Notes under the pieces: generated by a model
What the model was told of the DNA's origin: nothing
The model's input: the letters and a program-made list of their open reading frames with translations, nothing else
The model's database searches: none
Source of the DNA: Trueperaceae bacterium
GTDB taxonomy: Bacteria; Deinococcota; Deinococci; Deinococcales; Trueperaceae
NCBI GenBank assembly: GCA_965213705.1
Contig: OZ243913.1
Span: 640,001 to 704,000, forward strand
Length of the DNA: 64,000 bases
Reading direction: 5' to 3'
Made by a program: the position numbers and the translations under genes
Shown here: piece after piece, positions 11,856 through 20,993 of the stretch
Layout of the letters: each line of letters begins with the position of its first letter
Numbering within the stretch: the first letter of the stretch is position 1

Positions 11856-11946
11856 CCTCGGCAATCGACCTCAACCAACCTCGGCAACGACCGACGTTCG
11901 ACCGACGTCGTTGGGTACGGGTCAGGGCGCGGCGTCCAACGAAACT

Positions 11947-12050
11947 TCATACGGATTCCGATACTACGCTAAACAAGTTCAGAAGAGGTTTTTCCGCGCC
12001 TCATCCCAATCCGTAGTCTTCTCTTCTCGTTCCACTCGGGTTCATTCTTT
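11947..12050. repeat. Degenerate Deinococcus-type small non-coding repeat (MITE-like), right copy
   Basis: Begins TCATACGGATTCCG; internal CCGTAGTCTTCTCTTCTCGTTCCACTCGG is inverted relative to the left copy. Confidence 0.55.
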
Positions 12051-12056
12051 TAGAAA

Positions 12057-12944
12057 CTAACTGGAAACGGTATCAGGTGCAGCCCTGCCCCGCGCGCCGA
12101 GGATGCCCAGCGCGGTCACGAAACCGACCACGAGCTTGACGACAATGTCGGTGAGGACGACCTCCGTCATCCAGCCGGGCGTCGCAAACGCCTCACCGGC
12201 AAAAGCAAAAATCGTAAACACGAGCGTGTCGATGGGAATGCTCACCGCGTTCGAGGTCGCCACGCGGGTCAGCCAGCTTCTTTGAATAAAGCGCTGGTAA
12301 ACTTCCGTGTCCGCCGTCTCGGAGAGGACGATGGCGGCGAAACTCACCACGACGTAGCGCAGCGGCGTTCCCAAAAACAGCGCCGTGATGACGTTCAAAA
12401 GTGCCGCCGCAAAAATCGTCAGGTAGGCGTAGTGCCGCCCGTACTGGTGAACGCGGTCCCGCTGCGTAAAGGTCACGCCGAAAAACAGCGTACCGACGTT
12501 GACGAGGCCGTACCCAGGCAACGGTAAAAAGCTGTCCAGGGTGTAGTTGGCGAGGAGCGTGCAAACCACGTACACCGTCATCGCGGCGAGCAGGGAAGCG
12601 TGTTTTTTGAACAGCAGCGGGTAAAGTTCGGTTAACACGATAGCCGTCAGCGGTGCCAGCAAATAGAGCGAAGCGCCGGGCGCGCCGTCTCTCAGCAAAA
12701 AGGTGAGGCCGAGGTTGGCGGCGAGGGCGGCAGCCAAAGCAAACCAGCGGCGCTCGAGCCCCCGCCTCACGCCCAGCAGCGGCGCGACGAACAGCGCCCC
12801 GAAGTACAGCACCACAATGAGCGGCAACTGCGGCAGCGGACTTTGCCCGAACTGCGCTAGCTTGAACAGCAGCAGGCAGCCCGCTTGAGCGCCCAGTGTC
12901 AACAGAACGTAAAAATAAGGCGTAAGGCTTCGTTTGTCCAGCAC
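12057..12944 (-). CDS. VUT/YhhQ-family transporter (putative queuosine-precursor transporter) with extra N-terminal membrane segments
   Basis: GTLFFGVTFTQRD, SETADTEVY, SNAVSIPIDTLVF motifs; highly hydrophobic. Confidence 0.75.
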   Translation of the reverse strand: MLDKRSLTPYFYVLLTLGAQAGCLLLFKLAQFGQSPLPQLPLIVVLYFGALFVAPLLGVRRGLERRWFALAAALAANLGLTFLLRDGAPGASLYLLAPLTAIVLTELYPLLFKKHASLLAAMTVYVVCTLLANYTLDSFLPLPGYGLVNVGTLFFGVTFTQRDRVHQYGRHYAYLTIFAAALLNVITALFLGTPLRYVVVSFAAIVLSETADTEVYQRFIQRSWLTRVATSNAVSIPIDTLVFTIFAFAGEAFATPGWMTEVVLTDIVVKLVVGFVTALGILGARGRAAPDTVSS

Positions 12945-13276
12945 GGGAAGTCCTCCAAAATTTCAGAGGCGGTCATGTCACCTCCCGCCGACCAGGGAAG
13001 TATAGCAAGCAGGGAAGTACCGAGTGGAAAGTACCGAGCAGGGATGCTGCGAAGTCGGCTTTGTTGCAAGGGAGCGGAAACATTGCTGCAACCTTTACAA
13101 AAGCATCGCCAAACGAGCCTCACCGCTCGAGGTTGCCACGCTTCGCTCGCAACGACGAACCTCCTTGCGCGGCTTAGCGGCTTAGCGCTCAGCCCCCGGC
13201 ACCGAATGGCTACCTACTTTCGACTCGGTACTTTTCTCTGCCCTCGAGCCCCGCCCGGATTGGCTATGCTTGAGGT

Positions 13277-13675
13277 ATGGAATCGTTTTTAGGCACGCCC
13301 CCCGACACCCTGCTCGAGACCCTGAACATCACCGTGACCGAAGCCGGCCCCGAGCGCGTCGTCGCGACCATGCCCGTCACGCCGCGGGTTCACCAACCCT
13401 TCGGCATTTTGCACGGCGGCGCGTCGGTCGTGCTCGCCGAAACCGTCGCCAGCATCGGCGCGGCTGTCAGCATCGACCTGGACAAACAGCACGCCGTGGG
13501 TTTGGAAATCAACGCCAACCACATCCGCACTGTGCGGGACGGAACGCTCACCGGCACCGCCACGCCGCTTCACAAAGGCCGCAGCACCCACGTTTGGATG
13601 GTCACCATCGAGGACGAAAGCGGCAAGTTGGTCTGCACCTCGCGCTGTACGATGGCGATTATCGCGGCGCAGTAG
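13277..13675 (+). CDS. PaaI/MenI-like hotdog-fold thioesterase
   Basis: QPFGILHGGASVVLAET, GLEINANH. Confidence 0.9.
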   Translation: MESFLGTPPDTLLETLNITVTEAGPERVVATMPVTPRVHQPFGILHGGASVVLAETVASIGAAVSIDLDKQHAVGLEINANHIRTVRDGTLTGTATPLHKGRSTHVWMVTIEDESGKLVCTSRCTMAIIAAQ

Positions 13676-13847
13676 TTTGGGCATTCAACTTCGAACTGAG
13701 ACGGATTTGGCGTTTTTACGGTCGTTTGAAGCTCGAGTTCGACCTTCTGCCTTCGGCACTTCCTGTTCTCTCGTAACCCAACCTTCACCTTCGGCTGTCA
13801 CCACCCGTACCGAACCTTTATAATGGGTCAAACGAAAGGCGGTACTT

Positions 13848-14591
13848 TTGCGCGCAGCCCTGTTTGCGACCTGTTTGGCGGACCAGCTTTTCCCCGAGGT
13901 GGCGGTGGCCTCGGTCAAGTTACTGCGGCACCTGGGCGTCACGGTCGTTTTTCCCGAGCGGCAAACCTGTTGCGGCCAGCCCGCCTTCAACGCGGGCTAC
14001 CACCGCGAAACCGCTCAAGTGGCCGAGCATCACTTAGACGTTTTCGAAGGTTTCGAGTACGTCGTGCTGCCCTCGGGCTCGTGCGGGGCGATGGTCAAGA
14101 CGCACTACCCGGAACTCTTGAACGAAGCGCCGGAGCTGTTCGCCAGGGCTCGAGACCTCGCCAGCCGTACCTACGAACTCACGACCTTTATCACCGAGGT
14201 TTTGAAAACTGACGACGTCGGCGCGAACCTGTCGAACACGCGCGTGACCTACCACGACTCGTGCCACGCGCTCCGCTTTATGGGTGTGCGGGACGCGCCG
14301 CGCACGCTGTTAAAGGCGGCCGGGGCGGAACTGCTCGAGGCCGCCAACACTGAAGTCTGCTGCGGCTTCGGCGGTTTGTTCAGCGTCAAGATGCCCGACA
14401 TCAGCGCGGCGATGGCGCGGCAGAAGGTCGCGGGCATCCAAGCGACCGGGGCCGACGTGCTGACCTCGACCGACGGCGGTTGCCTCATGCAAATCAAGGG
14501 GACGCTGCACCGTGAACAGGTCGGCGTCAGGGTTCAGCACGTCGCGGAACTTCTCTGGGCGGGCGTCGAGCGCGCCAGAGTTGCAGCTTAG
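13848..14591 (+). CDS. lutA: Lactate utilisation Fe-S protein A
   Basis: FATCLAD, QTCCGQP, YHDSCH, CCGFGG; first gene of a lutABC-like operon. Confidence 0.88.
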   Translation: MRAALFATCLADQLFPEVAVASVKLLRHLGVTVVFPERQTCCGQPAFNAGYHRETAQVAEHHLDVFEGFEYVVLPSGSCGAMVKTHYPELLNEAPELFARARDLASRTYELTTFITEVLKTDDVGANLSNTRVTYHDSCHALRFMGVRDAPRTLLKAAGAELLEAANTEVCCGFGGLFSVKMPDISAAMARQKVAGIQATGADVLTSTDGGCLMQIKGTLHREQVGVRVQHVAELLWAGVERARVAA

Positions 14592-14601
14592 AAAGGCGAA
14601 C

Positions 14602-16023
14602 ATGGAGATTACCACTCGAGCTTTCAAAACCAACGCTTCAGGCGCGCTGCTCGACAAGCAGTTGCAAACTGCCCTCGGCCGGGCCACGACCGCGTTCGTC
14701 GGCAAGCGCAAAGTTGCGGTGGAGGCGCTGGAGAACTTCGAAGCGCTGCGCGACTACTGCGGCGCGGTCAAAGCGCATACTCTTGAATACTTGGACGTTT
14801 ACGTGGACCAACTCGTCGAGCAAATCGAGGCTCGAGGCGGTCACGTTCACTTCGCCGCGGACGCGGAAGAGGCCACCCACATCGTCACCGACCTCGCCCT
14901 CGCCAAAGGCGTGAAAACGGTGGTGAAGTCCAAGTCGATGGTCTCGGAAGAGATTCACCTCAACCAGGCGCTCGAGCGCGCAGGCGTCGAACCTATCGAG
15001 ACCGACTTAGGCGAGTACATCCTGCAAATCGACAACGACTTCCCGAGCCACCTCATCGGCCCCGCGCTCCACAAAACGCGCGAGCAAATCACGAAGCTGT
15101 TCCACGAAAAAATCGGCACGCCCGAAAACGCCACCATCCCCGAACTCACCGCCGCCGCCCGGCGGGTGCTGCGCGAGGGTTTTTTGCGCGCCGACATGGG
15201 CATCTCGGGCGGCAACTTCGCCGTGGCCGAAACGGGCTCGGTCGTGCTGGTCGAGAACGAGGGCAACATCCGCTTCACCACGAGCTTGCCGAAGATTCAC
15301 CTGGCAATCATGGGCCTCGAGAAAGTCATCCCGCGCCTCAAAGACCTGCCAGCTTTTCTGAGCGTGCTGCCGCGGAGCGCCACCGGCCAAAAGGCGAGCA
15401 GCTACGTCTCGGTCATCACCGGGGCGAAGCGTGAAGACGACCCAGACGGCCCCGAAGAGTTTCACCTGCTCTTGGTGGATAACGGACGTAGCGCCGTACT
15501 CGCCGACCCCAAACTGCGCGACGCGTTGCGCTGCATTCGCTGCGGCGCGTGCTTGAACGCTTGCCCGGTGTACCAAAACGTGGGCGGCCACGCTTACGGC
15601 TGGGTGTATTCCGGCCCCATCGGCGCGGTCTTGAATCCGGGTTTGCTGGGCCTCGAGCACACCCACAACCTGCCCCAAGCGAGCAGCCTCTGCGGGGCCT
15701 GCGGCGAGGTCTGCCCGGTCAAAATCCCGCTGCCCGACCTGCTCATCGAACACCGCAAACGCTCCGTCGAGCGCGGTCTCACGCCCAAGACCGAGGGCGC
15801 AGGCATCGGCGCGTTCGCCTTTGTCGCCACGCATCCGGGGCTGTGGGACGCCAGCACCAAAATTGGCCGCTTCGGGTCGCAGTTTTTGAGCCGGGACGGC
15901 TTTGTGCAGGGCGACTGGCTGCCGGTGCTGAAAGAGTGGCTGCGCGAGCGCGACTTTCCGAGTCCGGCGAAAAAGTCTTTCCGGGCGCGTTGGAAGGAAG
16001 AGTTGGAGGACGACCGCTCGTGA
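14602..16023 (+). CDS. lutB: Lactate utilisation Fe-S protein B
   Basis: KSKSM, ETDLGEYI, ENEGN, CIRCGACLNACP and CGACGEVCP ferredoxin motifs. Confidence 0.92.
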   Translation: MEITTRAFKTNASGALLDKQLQTALGRATTAFVGKRKVAVEALENFEALRDYCGAVKAHTLEYLDVYVDQLVEQIEARGGHVHFAADAEEATHIVTDLALAKGVKTVVKSKSMVSEEIHLNQALERAGVEPIETDLGEYILQIDNDFPSHLIGPALHKTREQITKLFHEKIGTPENATIPELTAAARRVLREGFLRADMGISGGNFAVAETGSVVLVENEGNIRFTTSLPKIHLAIMGLEKVIPRLKDLPAFLSVLPRSATGQKASSYVSVITGAKREDDPDGPEEFHLLLVDNGRSAVLADPKLRDALRCIRCGACLNACPVYQNVGGHAYGWVYSGPIGAVLNPGLLGLEHTHNLPQASSLCGACGEVCPVKIPLPDLLIEHRKRSVERGLTPKTEGAGIGAFAFVATHPGLWDASTKIGRFGSQFLSRDGFVQGDWLPVLKEWLRERDFPSPAKKSFRARWKEELEDDRS

Positions 16024-16631
16024 CCCATGAGGACTTCATAGGACGGATTCGCGGCGCACTGCACCGCCAGCCGGGCGACCCCCTCGAGACCCCGCCCGCC
16101 CTGCTGGTCCCCTTGACGGAGTGGGACGAAGACGTTCTCGTCGAACAGTTCAAGCTCGAGCTTGAAACCGTCGGCGGTCATGTCCACGTCGTCGCCGACG
16201 TGGCAGGGGCGAGGAAAAGGCTCGAGGCCGTGTTGAGCGAGCTTGGCGTCACCTCATTCATCCGCACCACTGACGAGGTCGTCGACGAAGTCCTGGGCGA
16301 CCTGTACCTGCCCCTGAACGACAACCCCGCCGCGGCGGACGTAGGTATCAGCGGCGCGCGTTGCGCGATTGCCAACACCGGCACCCTCGTTTTAACGAGC
16401 GAGATGGGCCGCAAAGCCTCGCTGTTGCCGATGAACCACGTCGCCATCCTCAGGGCCGAGCAAATTGTGCCGACGATGGCTGAAGCTTTGGAAACGCACC
16501 TAGACGAAATGCCGAGCGTTTGGGTGCAGGCGACCGGCCCGAGCCGCACCGCGGACATCGAACTCACCCTGACGACCGGGGTTCACGGGCCGGGCGTGAC
16601 GCACGTGATTTTGATTCAAGGAACAGCGTGA
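16020..16631 (+). CDS. lutC: Lactate utilisation protein C (LUD domain)
   Basis: TGPSRTADIE...GVHGP; GTG start overlaps lutB stop. Confidence 0.88.
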   Translation: MTHEDFIGRIRGALHRQPGDPLETPPALLVPLTEWDEDVLVEQFKLELETVGGHVHVVADVAGARKRLEAVLSELGVTSFIRTTDEVVDEVLGDLYLPLNDNPAAADVGISGARCAIANTGTLVLTSEMGRKASLLPMNHVAILRAEQIVPTMAEALETHLDEMPSVWVQATGPSRTADIELTLTTGVHGPGVTHVILIQGTA

Positions 16632-16852
16632 AAGACAAAATTGTCGCCGACGGAGAACGACGCTACACAGCGGCTAACCGCCAGGAGATTGAGGCCGAAC
16701 AAAAGCAAAGGGTGGCTGAAATCAGAGAGCACTATCGGGTGCAACTCCAACAGTCCGGGTTCTGGCAGCGCCCACTGTTGAAGCTGAGGATGAAGCGGGA
16801 AATTCGTGGTGTGCTCGAGTCGAGCGGTAACCTCTATTTTGAGAAAGTGTGA
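16628..16852 (+). CDS. Small hypothetical protein
   Basis: 74 aa ORF coupled to lutC stop (GTGA); lower GC than flanks. Confidence 0.5.
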   Translation: MKDKIVADGERRYTAANRQEIEAEQKQRVAEIREHYRVQLQQSGFWQRPLLKLRMKREIRGVLESSGNLYFEKV

Positions 16853-16911
16853 CAGTTTTCGGTTGAGACTTTGCTCAAAAGTGACATGACGGTCGCTGTA
16901 GAGCAGGGTCT

Positions 16912-18252
16912 TCAGGTTTCCGTCCAACCCTGCTTCGCCGCGTACCGCCTCAACACCCGCTCCGCCTCCGCCCTATTGGTCACGTCCCCCACCGCCTCGG
17001 CCTCTTTCAGAAAGCGCACCGCCTCACCGACGCGCGGGCCTTCGGTCAAACCCAGCAGCGCCATCACCTCGCGGCCGCTCAAGAGGGGCGGGGACGGGGG
17101 CGGCGTCGCCTCCAACATCTCGACAATACGCGCCAGCGCCAAGCGGTAGCTCTGCCGGCTCGCCTCGGAAGACATGGGTCCCCGCGCCGCCTCGCGGTCG
17201 GCAATCATAATTCGCAGCAGGTCGGGCAACAGCTCGCGGCGGCGGTGGACGAATCTCCGGGCGGCTTTTTGCGTTTTGGGCAACTGCACCATGTGGTAGC
17301 GCACGAGTCCGGCGGCGTGTTTGACGAGAGCCGCGGGCTGCCGCAGGCGGGTGAGGACGTTTTTGGTCATTTCGGCCCCGAGTTGGTCGTGGCCGTAAAA
17401 GTGGTAGTAAGCGCCGGTCTCGTCGTAGGTTTTGGTATCCGGTTTGCCGACGTCGTGGAGCAGCGTCGCCCAGCGCAAGCCGAGACCGGCGTCGGGGAAA
17501 CCTTGCACGAGTTGGTTTAAGGCTTCAAGCGAGTGGCCCAACACGTCCAAATGGTGATAGCCGCCCTGCGTTACCCCGTCGGTTTTAGCCAGTTCGGGCA
17601 GGTACAGCTCGAGCAGCCCCACTTCACGCAGGGTCTGAAACCCGTATCCGGCCCGCGGGGATGAGATGATTTTGTCGAGTTCGTCGCGGACGCGTTCAAG
17701 CGCTGGCAGAGCGAGGTCTCCGGCAAGTTGCGCGCGGACGCACGCCTCGAGCGCCACCCTGGTCTCCCGTTCCAACTTGAAACCCAGCTCGGTCCCCAGC
17801 CGCACGCCGCGCAGGGCGCGGAGCGGGTCGTTCTGAAAGGCGTTCGGACTTACCATCCTCAAACGTTTGCGCCGCAGGTCGGCCCGGCCGCCGAGCGGGT
17901 CGTGCAAGGTGCCGTCCGCAGTGGCTGCGAGGGCGTTGACGGTAAAGTCCCGCCCGCGCAGGTTGGTTTCCAAGTCGCTGTCCAAGCGGATGTAGTCCCG
18001 TACCTCTTCGCCGTCCTCCCCACTCACCACGCGCCAGTGGCCGCGCGCCACGTCGAGCGGAAACACGCTTCCTTGCAGAGTTTCCGCCGCCGCTCGAGCC
18101 GCCCGTTCGGGGTCGGGAACGAGCCAGTCTAAGTCGTTGAAAGTGCGGCCCAAAAGCGCGTCGCGCAGCGCGCCGCCCACCAGCACGCCACCCGCGGGAA
18201 GCGGCGTAAACTGAGCCATGTCGACACGGTCATTCGTCAAGCGTTTGAACAT
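16912..18252 (-). CDS. Class II tRNA nucleotidyltransferase with HD domain
   Basis: VGGALRDALLG..DLD, RDFTVNA, DPLRALR, ERVRDEL, LLHDVGK; start reassigned near TATACT box. Confidence 0.88.
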   Translation of the reverse strand: MFKRLTNDRVDMAQFTPLPAGGVLVGGALRDALLGRTFNDLDWLVPDPERAARAAAETLQGSVFPLDVARGHWRVVSGEDGEEVRDYIRLDSDLETNLRGRDFTVNALAATADGTLHDPLGGRADLRRKRLRMVSPNAFQNDPLRALRGVRLGTELGFKLERETRVALEACVRAQLAGDLALPALERVRDELDKIISSPRAGYGFQTLREVGLLELYLPELAKTDGVTQGGYHHLDVLGHSLEALNQLVQGFPDAGLGLRWATLLHDVGKPDTKTYDETGAYYHFYGHDQLGAEMTKNVLTRLRQPAALVKHAAGLVRYHMVQLPKTQKAARRFVHRRRELLPDLLRIMIADREAARGPMSSEASRQSYRLALARIVEMLEATPPPSPPLLSGREVMALLGLTEGPRVGEAVRFLKEAEAVGDVTNRAEAERVLRRYAAKQGWTET

Positions 18253-18285
18253 CACGCCTCCCAGTATAAAAACCCCGAGGGTTTT

Positions 18286-18915
18286 GTGACGCTCGGGCGC
18301 AAACTCGAGGGGCGCAAACCCAAACGTGTCGGGTTGACAGGCAACATCGGCTCGGGCAAGTCGACCGTGGCCGCGCTGCTGGTAGAAAAGGGCGCGGCGC
18401 TTATCGACGCCGACGCGCTCGCCCGTACAGCGACCCAGGACCCGGACGTGCTGACCGCGATAGGCGAGCGGTTGGGCGCAGACCTCGTTGTCGACGGGCA
18501 ACTGGACCGCGCCGCAACCGCCGCTCGAGTCTTTAACGACGAGGACGCCCGCATCGTCCTTAACGGCATCATCCATCCCTGGGTGCGTCAAAGAAGCGAC
18601 GAGCGGGTAACGGCTTTGTCGAACCAAGCCGAGCCGCCCGAAGTTATCCTGCTCGACATCCCGCTGCTTTACGAAAACGGCCTCGAGACCGGCCTGGACG
18701 CCGTCATCGTGGTGAGCGCGACCCTCGAGGAGCGCGTAAAGCGCGTCGCCGCGCGCAGCGGTTTGAGCGAAAGCGACGTACAGGCCAGGGACCGCGCGCA
18801 AATGCCGCTGGAAGAAAAAGTTGAGCGCGCCGACTTCGTCGTCGACAACGACGGTAATCCGGACGCGCTCGCGCCGCAACTGGACGCGCTGTGGACGAAG
18901 CTGGTGCTCGAGTAG
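18286..18915 (+). CDS. coaE: Dephospho-CoA kinase
   Basis: GLTGNIGSGKST, IDAD, IIHPWV, DIPLLYE, QMPLEEK. Confidence 0.93.
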   Translation: MTLGRKLEGRKPKRVGLTGNIGSGKSTVAALLVEKGAALIDADALARTATQDPDVLTAIGERLGADLVVDGQLDRAATAARVFNDEDARIVLNGIIHPWVRQRSDERVTALSNQAEPPEVILLDIPLLYENGLETGLDAVIVVSATLEERVKRVAARSGLSESDVQARDRAQMPLEEKVERADFVVDNDGNPDALAPQLDALWTKLVLE

Positions 18916-18960
18916 AAAACGTTTACTTTCTACTTTTCACTCGGTCCTCGGTACTCTTTT

Positions 18961-20730
18961 TTACCAATCCACCTGCGTCTCGCCGTGACTGCGTATGGCA
19001 CCGTCACGCGTCTCGGTGTAAGCCGTGCTGAAGCCGAGGCGTTCGGCGACGAAACTCAGGAAGGTCTCGAGCTTGCCGGTCGCCTCGTCTACCGCGTCGA
19101 AGTCCAGGTTGGCCGCGCCGGTCAAACCCGCCGTGGCGCGCAGTTGCTCGGTGACCTGCTGCGCCGTGCTGGCGAGGGTCGCGCCGCCGTCGCTCACGCT
19201 CAAGCTGCTCGCGTCCGCGGGGGCCGTGGCGACGAGTTGCTGGAACCCGTCACCGTCTTGCAACGACGCGCCGCCCGCCCTGGCGGTAAGGACGGCCGTG
19301 AGCGCGTCTTCCGACGTCGCTATAAACGCGTACCCGTCCGCGACTGCGTAACTTAAAGAGATGTTGCCGGTTACGTTGTAGGTCGTCACGTTCACGCCCG
19401 CAACGTCTTGGGTGAGCGTTTCGGCGTTGCCCGCACCGCCGCTGGGGTCGGCGAAACTCGCCACGGTTGAACTCAGGTTTTGCAGCAGGGTTGCCAAGCC
19501 CGTTTGGGCGGCGGCCTCGTCGTCGGTCGCAATCAGGTAAACCGTGTTGCCGAGGAGGTTGCTGCTCGGCACGCCCGCCTGGGTGACCTCGCCGACCTCG
19601 GTGGTTACGCTTGTAACGCCGCTGCCGGCCCAGTTTAGAAAAGTGCCGCGCAGGTCCAACCCGAAGAAAGTTTGCAGCAAACCGTCCAGGCTGCCGCCGA
19701 GTTCGGGCGTGCTCGCGACGAGTCCGTCGAGGTAGTCCCACCAAGCCGACAGGTCCGTGTTACTGCTGCTCCAACTCAGCGCGCTCGCCGGGACGAGGGC
19801 GGCGGTGGCCGTGTCGGCGTTGGTCGGGGCGGTAAGCAACGCGTACAGTTCGGCGTCGCCACCGTTCGCGTCGGGGACTTGCAAGCCGTCGCTCTCGAGC
19901 CCGGCGTCGGTAAAACGCACCGCGCCGCTGCTCACCCCGGCGGTGCGCAGAGCTTGCGCCAAACGCGCCACGAGCTGGTCGAACCCCAAGCTTTGCGCGT
20001 AGGGCGCAAGCGTGTCGGCGACCTGCGCGTAGTCCAGGTAAGCGTAAAAGTTGCCCGCCTCCACACCACCCAAGGCCGCGCGATAGCCCGCGCTCCGGGT
20101 GAAGTTGGGGTCTTGCGAACCGCCGAGCTGCCGCAGCGCCCCGCGCAGGGTGTCGGGGTTGGTGCTCAGCAGCAACACGTCGTCCACTTGGGCGTAAGCG
20201 ACGGCCTGCACGAGCGCGCCGTCTCCCTCCAAGGCTTCTTGGTAAAACGTGTAGTCGCCCTCGTTGAGGGTTTGCACGCCCGTTTTTGAGGTTTCTTCGT
20301 TCAAGGCTGCGGCGACCTGTGCCGAGGCCTCGGGGCTGAGGCGCGCCAGCAGCGTCAACGCGGGCAGCGGGTTGACGCTCGAGACCGACAGCGCTATGAG
20401 AGCGTCTTGCCCGACGAGGTCGAGGCTGTTGAGGCCGGCAAAGCGCGTGCTCAAAGCTTCCGTCAGGGGAGCTGTCGCCTCGCCTTCGGAGGCGGGAAAA
20501 AGCCGCGTGAGCGCCGCGCCCAGGTCCAAACGCTCGAACTCGTCGATAAAGGGTTGCAGCTTGGCGGTCTGGTCGGCCAAGTCCTGCGTGCCGAGGGCCA
20601 AAAAGGTTTCCGCCGGCAGCAGGTCGGCGAGCGACTGCACAGATGTTTGAGCGAGGGCGGCGGAAACGGCGAAAAGGGCGGTCAGCGTTGTGAGCAGTTT
20701 TTTGAGGCTTTTGTTGGGCATGGTCTCCAC
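18961..20730 (-). CDS. Secreted/periplasmic protein, DUF3352-like
   Basis: Signal peptide (ALAQ), two internally repeated halves; family by resemblance only. Confidence 0.6.
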   Translation of the reverse strand: METMPNKSLKKLLTTLTALFAVSAALAQTSVQSLADLLPAETFLALGTQDLADQTAKLQPFIDEFERLDLGAALTRLFPASEGEATAPLTEALSTRFAGLNSLDLVGQDALIALSVSSVNPLPALTLLARLSPEASAQVAAALNEETSKTGVQTLNEGDYTFYQEALEGDGALVQAVAYAQVDDVLLLSTNPDTLRGALRQLGGSQDPNFTRSAGYRAALGGVEAGNFYAYLDYAQVADTLAPYAQSLGFDQLVARLAQALRTAGVSSGAVRFTDAGLESDGLQVPDANGGDAELYALLTAPTNADTATAALVPASALSWSSSNTDLSAWWDYLDGLVASTPELGGSLDGLLQTFFGLDLRGTFLNWAGSGVTSVTTEVGEVTQAGVPSSNLLGNTVYLIATDDEAAAQTGLATLLQNLSSTVASFADPSGGAGNAETLTQDVAGVNVTTYNVTGNISLSYAVADGYAFIATSEDALTAVLTARAGGASLQDGDGFQQLVATAPADASSLSVSDGGATLASTAQQVTEQLRATAGLTGAANLDFDAVDEATGKLETFLSFVAERLGFSTAYTETRDGAIRSHGETQVDW

Positions 20731-20993
20731 CTTACATGTTTCGGCAGTGAGAAAGCTTCATACTTTTGTCAGCTCGTGTTAACGCTCTGGTGCGGATGCC
20801 GACAACACACTGAACAAATTCACAAGAGGGTTTTTCGCTCCTTTTCAATATCCGTGTCTTCTTCCCGTCCTGCTCGGGTCAATCCTTTTAAAATTAATCA
20901 AAAACGGCACAAGAGAGACGCGTGGGGAAGGAACGGTTGAGTTCGGCCCAGGGTTCGCAGCCGTGTAGGCTCCGAACCTCGTGTGCGGCGCTC

